Assembly: GCA_937625935.1 (NCBI GenBank)
Contig: OW569345.1
Coordinates: forward strand, 558,001-622,000
DNA from: Tetramitus jugosus
Taxonomy: Eukaryota; Protista; Heterolobosea
Length of the DNA: 64,000 nt
Direction: 5' to 3'
A program made the position numbers and the translations under genes. The notes under the pieces were generated by a model, which did not search any database, was not told where the DNA came from, and saw only the letters and a list, made by a program, of their open reading frames with translations. Every line of letters starts with the position of its first letter. Position 1 is the first letter of the stretch. Of this stretch, positions 47,647 to 57,417 are shown piece by piece.

Positions 47647-49179
47647 TTATTGTAAATGAATTGTACTGGTTTGTTCCACATTGTAACCATTCATATCGAG
47701 CACAACATTTGGCGCAGATGATGCCACATCAACATATTGAAAGTCTGCGTCGTCAGCGCCACCGCCATCTGATTCATACGGACCAGGACCAGGTGCTGAT
47801 ACTTGCAATTCCTTTTCTCTCTGCTGATCAGCCTCCTTCTTCAAACTCCAATTCTTGGCAGCCACACTGAACGCTTCCTTTTGTGGAATGTCAGGATGTT
47901 GACTCCTAATTCTCGGAATTTCTTCACTCATAAAGATTTGATAACCAGTCTTTGGTCGCTTCTCCTTTTTTGTTGATGATCCATCTGCTGCCGCTACTGT
48001 CGACAGTGATTCATTTGAACTTGTTGTCACTGGTTGCTGTTGTTGATTGTCTGATGCAACAGCAGCAGTAGCAGCATGAGAAATGGAAGATGCTGCCAAT
48101 CTCTGTTTTTCCTCAGCAGTGTACGAACCATAGTCTGGCAACACATTTTCAATCACTTTTAATTTCTCCTCCAATTTTCTAATTTTGCATGCCTGCAGAC
48201 TAATAATCTGTGTCAAGAATTCAAACTTTTCATCAATCGTTTCTGCTGTAGCAGATGATGTTTCACCTGTAGTACCACTACTACTACTACCACCACTACC
48301 ACTGATTGAACTATTGTACAATTGATTTCTGCTTCTCTTTTTCAAATATTTTCCAAATAGACTCTTGAATGAAAAATCTTGTTGTTGTTGTTGTGAAAGT
48401 GGTGGTTGTTGTTGTTGTTGATCCAATGTTGCATTTGATGATATTGTTGACTGCTGTTGTTGTTGTTGTTGTTGTTGTTGCTTCTTACTTGGTGTTGTTG
48501 TTGCATGAATGAGAGGTGTGGGTGATGAAGAAGCTGAAGATGGTCCAAGAGGTGGTAGAGCAGCAGAGATTGGAACTGCACTTGTTGAATGACAAGTATT
48601 TGTTGTTGTTGTAGTTGGAGTAGTAGTAGTTGTTGCATTGGGCCGTATAATCTGAAAACTAGATGTGATATTGTTGCTATTGCTATGTCCTAATTGAGGT
48701 GGTGATGAAGATTGTTGAATAGAATGTTGTTGTTGTTGTTGCTGGTGAGGATGATGATGAGAGTGTTGTTGTTGTTGTTGTTGATTCATGGGTAGTGAGA
48801 GATCATTATTATTATTGTGATGATAGGTTGCTCCTCCAGTAGAGAATTGATGAAAAGAGGGAAGTGATGATGATGATGAATGAAGAGTTGGACTACTCGT
48901 AGTGCTATTATTGGCAAATTGAACCAGAGAAGGCAACTGTTGTTGTTGTTGTTGTTGTGGTTGTTGGTGATGATGATGGTGATGAACCACGTTGGTGTGA
49001 TGTTGTGCTTGTTGTTGTTGTTGTTGTTGTTGTTGTGATTGTTGTGGAAGGTGTGGTTGGTGATGATGGTGGGACATCATGTCGTTGACTACTACCTGCT
49101 GAGATTGTGGATTGTGATGATGATGAGTCGGGTATGGTTGTTGTTGCTGTTGCTGCTGTTGTTGGTGAGGATGATTCAT
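47647..49179 (-). CDS. Q/H-rich protein with C-terminal YABBY/HMG-box-like domain
   Basis: KRPKTGYQIFMSEEIPRIRSQHPDIPQKEAFSVAAKNW. Confidence 0.75.
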   Translation of the reverse strand: MNHPHQQQQQQQQQPYPTHHHHNPQSQQVVVNDMMSHHHHQPHLPQQSQQQQQQQQQAQHHTNVVHHHHHHQQPQQQQQQQLPSLVQFANNSTTSSPTLHSSSSSLPSFHQFSTGGATYHHNNNNDLSLPMNQQQQQQHSHHHPHQQQQQQHSIQQSSSPPQLGHSNSNNITSSFQIIRPNATTTTTPTTTTTNTCHSTSAVPISAALPPLGPSSASSSPTPLIHATTTPSKKQQQQQQQQQQSTISSNATLDQQQQQPPLSQQQQQDFSFKSLFGKYLKKRSRNQLYNSSISGSGGSSSSGTTGETSSATAETIDEKFEFLTQIISLQACKIRKLEEKLKVIENVLPDYGSYTAEEKQRLAASSISHAATAAVASDNQQQQPVTTSSNESLSTVAAADGSSTKKEKRPKTGYQIFMSEEIPRIRSQHPDIPQKEAFSVAAKNWSLKKEADQQREKELQVSAPGPGPYESDGGGADDADFQYVDVASSAPNVVLDMNGYNVEQTSTIHLQ

Positions 49180-49746
49180 GATCTTTGATTTCGCACCTTT
49201 GCTGTATGGGATGAATGAATGGGTACTGCTGTTTTCTGGTTGGCAGAGGGAGAACAAAAGCTTCTTTTTGTGTGATTTGTTGTTGGTGGGAGATGAAAGC
49301 TAAAAAAAAAGCTCAGAAAAAAGAGGGATTTTATTTCGTTGAGGGACAAAGACTATCAGCAGAAGAGATTCTGGTGCGTGACGAGAAGCATTTTTTCGTT
49401 GTCTGTAGTGTTTTCGCGCCTTTGTTTTTGTTTGATCGGATAAATACTGTTTACAATGACTGTCATCAAGATAGAAGAATGGAATACAATTCAATTGTCT
49501 CTCAAAGGAAGATGCCAACACTGATAGATGTTTTCATCCCGATCAGATGACCCTTTTGTTATTTGGTCACTGAAATTCTCCCGATGACAGGTTAAATCTA
49601 GCCAAATTGGTGTTCATTAATGTCGCGTTGGAATTTGGATAACAGGATAGATCTCAACGCTCTGCTGATCTTCTGGAGTCACCATTGCATAAAACATTAC
49701 TTTGACTCAAAGATCCTAACCCTAATCGAGTACAAGAACTACTCAA

Positions 49747-52188
49747 ATGAAAGTCAATACGATTGGGAAAGGAGTGATCCTCCAACTCGTGATCACATTC
49801 CTTGCTGTCACACTGTTAGTGTTACTGTTGTCTGATGCATGCAATGCAGCCCTGGGTGATGCGTTTAGTACAGCTTCTTCCACCTTTGAGTTTACCACTG
49901 GTACTCACACGTACCCTCCAACCAACAAATGGGGACCCAATTACAAGAGACCCTATCCAACAAACACTTGGTGGCTCAATCTTGTTCTTAACGGTAATGA
50001 CCCAATTACTACTTTCCCTTACATAATTCGGGTCGATTCCCAGTTCAATCTGTGTTATCCAGATAGAGTTACAACTAGTGCTTACACTGTCACTACAATG
50101 CTTCATAATTTGATTATGGGTGCCACTCAACCTGTCGGTCAACGTGTCGTTACCAATCACGATGATCTCTCAGTTACTGTTCAATTCAATTCTGGCACCA
50201 ATTACATGAGTAGTCCAATTGTGAGAGGTCAAACCTATCACACTGTGGTCTATAGTGGTCTCACACCAAGAATCTCGACCATTCACGCCATTTTGAGTGT
50301 GAGTGCCTTGTCAGGAACCAAATTTAAGCTTACATTGAACAATGGCCAGACTTGGATCATCTATGCTTCTTCTTCCATTAGATTCACTCGATCTGGTAAC
50401 ACTCTGACTGCCGCTGGTGCATTTAATGGTTGGTTGAGAGCTGCCATGGTTCTCAATCCATCTACACAAGAGTCGTTGTTCGATACATACAGCAGAACCT
50501 ATCCTTCTGGTGGTACAGTTTCCTATACTGTGACGAATAATGTTGCCTCAATCAAATTTAACTGGCAAAAGCAGGGAACTGGAGCACTGATGATGTTCAC
50601 ATTGCCTCATCACAGAGACATTCTCCAGAACCCTAACTATGTGTCTCCACAAATCAGATACAGAGGTATCAAGGGTTACATGGACGCTATCATAGGAGAC
50701 ACATGGACCATGTCTGAGAGATTGATCACAGATGTTGGTTTCTATGGTCGATATGAAATTGTCAACACTGCTGCGAAGAACAATCTGATTTCGGCTCTGC
50801 AAGGTGATCAAAACTCTTATCCTGAACCAACGGACCCCTACTTTGGAGGAAAGGCTCTTGCCAGACTTGGTAGATTGGCATTGATTGCGGATGAGTTGGG
50901 ACAGACAGCCATCGCATCCAAGGTCAGAACAAACATGAAAACCTACTTTAACAAGTGGTTGGGAGGAGCTGGTTACACTGCTGCCGACAACAAAATGGTG
51001 TATGAGAGAACTTATGGTGGCATCGTCAGTAAGAGTTCTGTCGGTTCGATGTTCGTCGACTATGGTAACTACTATTACAATGATCATCACTTCCATTACG
51101 GATATTTTGTGTATGCTGCTGCTTGTATCATCAAGAAGGATCAGGCGTGGGGTTCTCAAAACAAGCAAAAGATATATGAGATTGTGAGGGACTATGGTAA
51201 TCCAAGCTCTTCTGATCCTGCTTTCACAAAATTGAGAAGCAAGGATTGGTACGTTGGTCATTCATATGCCGCAGGTCTTTTCAATTTTGCTGATTCAAGA
51301 AATCAAGAGTCAACATCCGAATCTGTTAATGCTTACTATGCAATGTACTTGCTTGGTTTGGTCTACCAAGATCAAAGCTTGGTGGACTTGGGAAGAATCT
51401 TGCTTCAAACTGAGATTCGTTCCTCTCAAAAGTACTGGCAAATCAAAGCAGCTGATGATATTTATGATGAGCCATTCAAGAGCAACAAGGTTGTTGGTGT
51501 TTTGTGGGAGACCAAGGTAGATTATGCAACTAACTTCGGAGCAAACACGGAATACATCCATGGAATTCAAATGCTTCCAATTACTCCCATTACTGAAGAT
51601 CTGCTTGCTCCAAGTTGGGTCCGAGAAGAATATGAAGTGTTCAAGAATGCATATGGTACTGCTACTCAAGCATGGTTGGGAATTCTGTTGTGTGCACAAG
51701 CCAATTTTGATGTGAATGGTGCTTCCCCTAGAATCCTCGCTTTGACAGGATATGATGATGGTAATACGAAGACCAACACATTGTATTGGCTATACACAAG
51801 ATCAAACGGACAAGCAAAGAGAGCCAATCCATTTGCAGACATTGATGGAGCAACCACCCCACCTCCTCCTCCTCCACCTCCAACCTCATCTCCACCACCT
51901 CCACCTCCACCTCCTCCACCTCCAACCTCATCTCCACCTCCACCACCTCCACCTCCACCTCCTGCAACTCCATCCCCAGCACCATCCTCTCCAGATGCGC
52001 TCTGTCAGATAATCGTCTGTCCAAGCGGATTGAGTTGTTGCAACGGTGGGTGCTACAATCCAGCAGCATATACTTGTATCGACAAGATGTTGTGTCCTAC
52101 AGGGACAGCAAAATGTGGAGTAGCTTGTTACTCTCCGAACATGTACTGCTGCAAGAATGGAATGCTGGTACTCAAGGTCCATTGTTAG
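49747..52188 (+). CDS. GH81 endo-1,3-beta-glucanase with polyproline linker and Cys-rich CBM52-like tail
   Basis: YNDHHFHYGY, RNQESTSESVN, HGIQMLP, DDGNTKT; C-terminal CYNPAAYTC and CYSPNMYCC. Confidence 0.92.
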   Translation: MKVNTIGKGVILQLVITFLAVTLLVLLLSDACNAALGDAFSTASSTFEFTTGTHTYPPTNKWGPNYKRPYPTNTWWLNLVLNGNDPITTFPYIIRVDSQFNLCYPDRVTTSAYTVTTMLHNLIMGATQPVGQRVVTNHDDLSVTVQFNSGTNYMSSPIVRGQTYHTVVYSGLTPRISTIHAILSVSALSGTKFKLTLNNGQTWIIYASSSIRFTRSGNTLTAAGAFNGWLRAAMVLNPSTQESLFDTYSRTYPSGGTVSYTVTNNVASIKFNWQKQGTGALMMFTLPHHRDILQNPNYVSPQIRYRGIKGYMDAIIGDTWTMSERLITDVGFYGRYEIVNTAAKNNLISALQGDQNSYPEPTDPYFGGKALARLGRLALIADELGQTAIASKVRTNMKTYFNKWLGGAGYTAADNKMVYERTYGGIVSKSSVGSMFVDYGNYYYNDHHFHYGYFVYAAACIIKKDQAWGSQNKQKIYEIVRDYGNPSSSDPAFTKLRSKDWYVGHSYAAGLFNFADSRNQESTSESVNAYYAMYLLGLVYQDQSLVDLGRILLQTEIRSSQKYWQIKAADDIYDEPFKSNKVVGVLWETKVDYATNFGANTEYIHGIQMLPITPITEDLLAPSWVREEYEVFKNAYGTATQAWLGILLCAQANFDVNGASPRILALTGYDDGNTKTNTLYWLYTRSNGQAKRANPFADIDGATTPPPPPPPPTSSPPPPPPPPPPPTSSPPPPPPPPPPATPSPAPSSPDALCQIIVCPSGLSCCNGGCYNPAAYTCIDKMLCPTGTAKCGVACYSPNMYCCKNGMLVLKVHC

Positions 52189-52294
52189 TGAGACCTCTCA
52201 ACCTTTGATCCATATTAACAATTGATTTTGTGAGTCATATAGAGAAATCTTCCCTTGAGCGACAATTGTATTTCTCTGAACGTGGTCTCCTTTA

Positions 52295-53686
52295 CTACAG
52301 ACTAATAAATGTTTTCATTTCTAAATCTTCTGAAAGTGCTTGTTCTATGTCGTCATTGGATGTTGCCAACTCAATCGATGGATATCGGTCTTTATCTGAC
52401 TTTGTGGAGTTTACAATAAGGTTCATACCCAATAGACAGTTGACAACTGGCAGCATTTCAAACATTGTTACCTCAGCAATCGTTGTTGACTTCCTGAGCA
52501 ATGTTTGAACTCTCGATATGATATTTTCAACTTTCAATTCTGATTGATCATCCTTCAATTCTAGTGACTCTAATCGAGCACACCATAAAAACAACTTGTG
52601 ATAAATGGGAAGTTGGACGATAGGATACAATTCAGTCGCAAACAACTCTTCAAATGCATGTTGAATATCATTTAGAGTAACTTTCTCTGTGTCTAACCTC
52701 TGCGATTGAGATTGACTCATTCCAGTACGATTCCGTCGCTTTCTCACAATATCTTTCCTACTTCGTATAATTGTGGTCGGCACAACATCATCTCCCATCG
52801 GTTCATCTGTATCAACAGCACTTTTATGGTTGGCATCGTCTATTGTCTGTTCTTCTTCTTCATTCTCAACATCATTTACGTATGCCTCTTCGATATGAAT
52901 TGTTTCTTCCTTGAGCTCTGCAGCTCTTCGACAAATGTCTAGTCCTCGACGTATATCACCAGAAGAGCTCGCAATCCTGTGTGCTACAATCTTTAGTGCC
53001 TTCGTATCAAAAACATCTGTTCCCTCCAATCTCTTCAACAAAATGGTCTCAATCTCTTTCTGTGTATATGTCTTAAAGATGATTCTCTCTGTCGTGTGCA
53101 TACGATTCGCAATCTTGTCCATCAACTGTTCAGGCAAACTCACAGTGTTTGCAATACCAATCACAGCCAGCCTAGAATTCTCCTTTTGTGGCCAATCCAT
53201 AAACTCATAAATAATTTTTTGATCCCGTGTGACCAAGTAATCCAATTCGTCAATTACAATGACAGTGTAACGATTCCGATGAACAGCCCTTGCATTCGCA
53301 GTTCTTTTCCTCATTGTAAAGAACTCGGCCACTTTTTTTGGTATTTCTTGCTTTTTCACCTTCTTCTTCTTGGTCGGTGGTGCAATCACTTGCCACACAT
53401 GAGCATAAATGTCCTTGGGTGAAGGCAGAGACATGGCATTGACCAGACAAATATGGAAAGATGAAAGTTCAGAGGCTTGTCTCTCTGCGAGTATCGTGTG
53501 AAGCACCTTGGTTACCGTTGCCGTTTTGCCGGTGCCTGGTTCACCTGAAATGTACATGGTGAGGGAAATGTCTTGGTTGATACATGTGGAGAGACGATCA
53601 TAAATTTTGGCTACTTCTGCTTCGCGACCCGGTAGTTCGTTGGGTATCTGGAGTCCTAGTTGTTCTCTTGCTGTTCTGAAGCGCAT
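52295..53686 (-). CDS. ORC1: Origin recognition complex subunit 1 / Cdc6 family AAA+ ATPase
   Basis: LPGREAE, YISGEPGTGKT, IDELDYL, IANT, SGDIRRGLDICRRA; winged-helix C-terminus. Confidence 0.85.
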   Translation of the reverse strand: MRFRTAREQLGLQIPNELPGREAEVAKIYDRLSTCINQDISLTMYISGEPGTGKTATVTKVLHTILAERQASELSSFHICLVNAMSLPSPKDIYAHVWQVIAPPTKKKKVKKQEIPKKVAEFFTMRKRTANARAVHRNRYTVIVIDELDYLVTRDQKIIYEFMDWPQKENSRLAVIGIANTVSLPEQLMDKIANRMHTTERIIFKTYTQKEIETILLKRLEGTDVFDTKALKIVAHRIASSSGDIRRGLDICRRAAELKEETIHIEEAYVNDVENEEEEQTIDDANHKSAVDTDEPMGDDVVPTTIIRSRKDIVRKRRNRTGMSQSQSQRLDTEKVTLNDIQHAFEELFATELYPIVQLPIYHKLFLWCARLESLELKDDQSELKVENIISRVQTLLRKSTTIAEVTMFEMLPVVNCLLGMNLIVNSTKSDKDRYPSIELATSNDDIEQALSEDLEMKTFISL

Positions 53687-53777
53687 TCTTGTTGTTTTGT
53701 GCTCAAGGTTTTTGGCGCGAACATGGAAACGGAGAAAATTTTTATGATACAATGATTACAATGGAGCTTAGTGTTGG

Positions 53778-54506
53778 TTACTCCTTGTTCTTTTTTTCCT
53801 TTTTGGAGGACCTCTTCTTTTTCTTGTCCTTCTTTTTCTTATCCTTTTTGGTGAGATTTAACGGTAATTTGATGGACACATCGAGGAAGCCTCCGTTGCA
53901 ATCTAGAGGAAGTGACAAGTCTTCTGAGTTGACACAATTCTCAAGAGTGGAGCAAGCAATAGTGGCAGAGCCAATTCTCTCTCTCTTTCTCCTTCTCTTT
54001 CCTTCCTTTCCCTGCTTTTCGGTTGTCCTTGAAGAGTCCTGGGAGCTTGAATCACTATTTGTGGGGTTCTTAACTCCTCTCGTATCATGATACACCTTGA
54101 ACGAAATCAGATCGTCTTCCATATTCTCGACGGGAAGTACAACCTTTTCATTGAAGACTGGATTCTTCGTCTGGAAGGCAACATCAGTTGTATGGACTGG
54201 ACCATAATCTTCCATGGTGAAACCATAGGATTTCTCTAGTCGATTCACCATACTGACTCGAACAAATGGATCTATCTTCCTCGTATCCCCCTTCAAACTC
54301 AACCCCCTGCAACCCTTAATGATAACTGTGATCCCTTCCTCGCTAATCTCTTGCTCTTGTTCGGGTTCTTGTTTGCTGGAGGGCACCATGGTATCAGAGC
54401 TCACTTCTGGAAGGGGTTGACCTGCACCATTGTTACTAGGCTCTTCTATTGAAGTTGGTTGTTGTTCACGCTTTTTGAACAACCTTAAATTCTTGAAGAA
54501 GGACAT
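53778..54506 (-). CDS. C2-domain protein with polybasic C-terminus
   Basis: DPFVRV...TKNPVFNE...ISFKVYH...IG; tail KKDKKKKDKKKKR. Confidence 0.7.
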   Translation of the reverse strand: MSFFKNLRLFKKREQQPTSIEEPSNNGAGQPLPEVSSDTMVPSSKQEPEQEQEISEEGITVIIKGCRGLSLKGDTRKIDPFVRVSMVNRLEKSYGFTMEDYGPVHTTDVAFQTKNPVFNEKVVLPVENMEDDLISFKVYHDTRGVKNPTNSDSSSQDSSRTTEKQGKEGKRRRKRERIGSATIACSTLENCVNSEDLSLPLDCNGGFLDVSIKLPLNLTKKDKKKKDKKKKRSSKKEKKNKE

Positions 54507-55142
54507 GATTTCACGTTGTTGTATCGAATGGGCGAGCTTTATGCAGTTGTATTGGTTCTTATCTTGTTTGTTCAAAATTGAAGTATTAGGATTCCAAATT
54601 CAATTGTAGCCCTTGTATCCTTCATCCCATAGCCCGGAAAAAGAAAATTGATGTCGACCATGAACGATGCACTTAGAAATCTCAGTTGCTGTAAAAAAAC
54701 GCTCAAATCGGCAAGCTGGACAAGACATAATCAAGCCATGTGTCAAAAATACACTGGCCAACTAACAACTTATTAATTCCTGCTACGATAAATATCAATG
54801 TCAAGTACTAACTTTGTGGTGGGAGAAGGACTTGAATTGTAAATTGAGAGAGGCTTCAAAAAACGTGTCTGTTTCTAAACTGGCATTCCTCCGCCTGCGA
54901 CTTCGCTTCGAATTTTCCGAATAGGCCGCAGTCCACTACGAGCCTGGACATTGCAAATTTTGCGCTGATGAGCTGCTGGAAGGGCGGCCAATTTCCTCCT
55001 TGTCATTTTGGTGATGAGCAAAGGATTGTGATTCCTTCTTCTGTGACGCACCATTGTACACACAAGAAAAACCGCTCACTCAAACGTTGTTCGTTCACAC
55101 ACAAGACAACAACAACACAAACAAATCATCTGTCTGTCAACG

Positions 55143-57172
55143 ATGAATGCTTTCATTGACACTACAACCAACATGACTGTGCTGTTGGTGAACAACAACA
55201 ATGGAACAGATCCTGGTCAACATGAAGTTCCAAGATGGCAGATCACACTACCAATCGTGGTCATCTTTTTCCTATTGTCCATCTCGTTTATGCTCACAAA
55301 GCTCATCCACAAAATCAAGTACTTGAACTTTATTCCGGAGAGTGGTATTGTGATGGCGTTTGGTCTCATTCTAGGCTTCTTTAATTATTTGTCTGGTGGA
55401 AAGTACAATCGATTGCTCATGTTCGATACAGCTCTCTTTGATTTTGTCATTATTCCTGCGATTATATTCGAGAGTGGTTATTCGTTGAAGAAGAAGGGAT
55501 TGTTTAAGAATGTCATTTCGATTGCAATGTTTGCTGTGGTGGGAACGTTGATTAGCACGCTGTTTGTTGGATTTTCATTGTTTTTGTTTGCCAAATTTGC
55601 AGGAATCCAAAGCATTGGTAAGTAGTAGTTGTTTTTCGTGTGTGTGTATTTTGATTGTAAATGGCGTGTTTGGAACACACGTGTTTATCTGGAATTGGTG
55701 TTCTAACGTACGTTGTTGTTGTTGTTGTTGTTGTTGTGGTGTTAGATACGACCAATCCTGCTGAAGCTCTCGTGTTTGGTGCTTTGATTAGTGCGACTGA
55801 TCCTGTGGCTACATTGGCCCTGTTGGGAGATGTTTTCAAGGTGAAGGAGAGTACTGACGTTCCACTAATTTACAATTTAATTTTTGGAGAGTCAGTTGTG
55901 AATGATGCAGTCAGTATCGTGCTGTTTCGTATCTTGTTAAAGTTTGTGGATCAACCAAAATTTACTGCTGGTAGTTTCTTTGCCATTATTGGTAGCTTCA
56001 TTTATGTGAATATTGGATCTGTCATTATTGGAGTTGCTGTTGGATTGTTTGCTGCCATGTTTTTCAAATTTGTGAGCTTCAAGTACAATACTGCTGTCGA
56101 GATTATCTTGTTGGCTATGATGGCACTATCCAGTTACTTGCTTGCTGAGGCTGCACAATTGTCAGGTATCATGAGTTTGTTTGCCTGTGGTATTGTGTGC
56201 GGTCGCTTTGCATGGTACAATTTGTCAGCTTACTCTCGCTTGACAAGTCCCCAGACGTTCAAAGTGCTTGCTACTGCTGCAGATTCCTATGTTTTCCTCT
56301 TCCTTGGTATCAGTGCATTCAGTTTCCCTGATAGAAGTAGCTGGAGAGTTGGATTTATTGGAATTGGTATTTTGTTGATCTTGGTAGGTCGAGCCCTAAA
56401 TATCATCCCTATTACATTGATCACGAACATTTGGCGAAAGAGAAAAATTAATTGGAGAGAGTGCATCTTCCAATGGTTCAGTGGTCTCCGAGGAGCCATT
56501 GCCTTTGCCCTATCTTTGCATTGTTTAGAGCTCGATACACCAAATGCCAAAGCCATTGTGACCACGACACTATTTATTGTTTTGTTTAGTGTTTGGGTAT
56601 TTGGCGGATTGACACTGCCTATTCTCAAGCTATTGAGACTCGACAAGTCAACAGAAGTGAAGGAAAAGGATCAGAGTAATGCGCATTTGCCTGGTGCCAT
56701 TTTGGTGATCAACAAAGCCAGTGTCAAAGCCGAGAACATTGATGATCCTGGTGACGAGGTACTAATCAGCAGTGATAGCACAAAGAAAAAGAAGAGTGAT
56801 TTCATGAGACGGATTGACGAGAAAATTCTGCGACCACTCTTGAGAAAGCGTCATGATCAGACTTCTCCTCATCTGAGAGATCTTCTCTTGGGTGGTAGTA
56901 TCCCATCCACTTTGAAGATTGAAGAAATTGAGCGGATAGAGTACGAGGCGTTGTACTCAAGTATGAAGCCAGCTCAAAGGATCTCTGTCAGAGATTTGTT
57001 TACTAACTTCTACAACAATACCCACGCAGGAAGTGAATACGGCGTACTGGACAATGATACTGTGGACTTGATGAGCTCTGTGGAAGAGTCAGCACAACTA
57101 CAGGAGAATGAAACACTATCTCTTTATCAACAAGGTGAATCCACTGAAAATCCATACTACAGCTCTGTTTGA
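55143..57172 (+). CDS. Na+/H+ exchanger (CPA1/NHE); intron 55618-55745
   Basis: IPES, PAIIFESGY, ISATDPVA, FGESVVNDAVSIVL, SGLRGAIAFAL. Confidence 0.95.
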
Positions 57173-57309
57173 TGATATTCAATGAATAAACATTCGACAT
57201 TCAACGACTTATCCTTCGTTTCCTACCTTGGTGGTGTGGCGGCCTTTTTTCTGTTTCGCTTGGCCAACTAACGACATCAATCAAAATGTTTTCCTTTTTC
57301 CGTCGTTGG

Positions 57310-57417
57310 TACGAGACGTTGATATGTCCTTAAGGTGGCGGTCACTGTCGATCAAACCATAATAAAAAAATTATGATTTCCCGATAAGACACCTTAACGC
57401 TCCTACATAATCGGGAC
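57310..57417 (-). ncRNA. Putative Fanzor omegaRNA (scaffold plus guide), copy 2
   Basis: Same scaffold as copy 1 apart from two 1-nt indels, ending CACCTTAA at 57330, followed by different sequence GGACATATCAACGTCTCGTA. Confidence 0.75.

Noticed and set aside
48380-49170. Long (CAA)n/(CAT)n tracts
   Set aside because: Ordinary poly-Q/H coding microsatellites, common throughout this window.
54880-54990. GC-rich intergenic stretch with short stems and CTGATGAG (hammerhead-like)
   Set aside because: No stem II followed by GAAA; stems are only 5-6 bp; probably promoter sequence.
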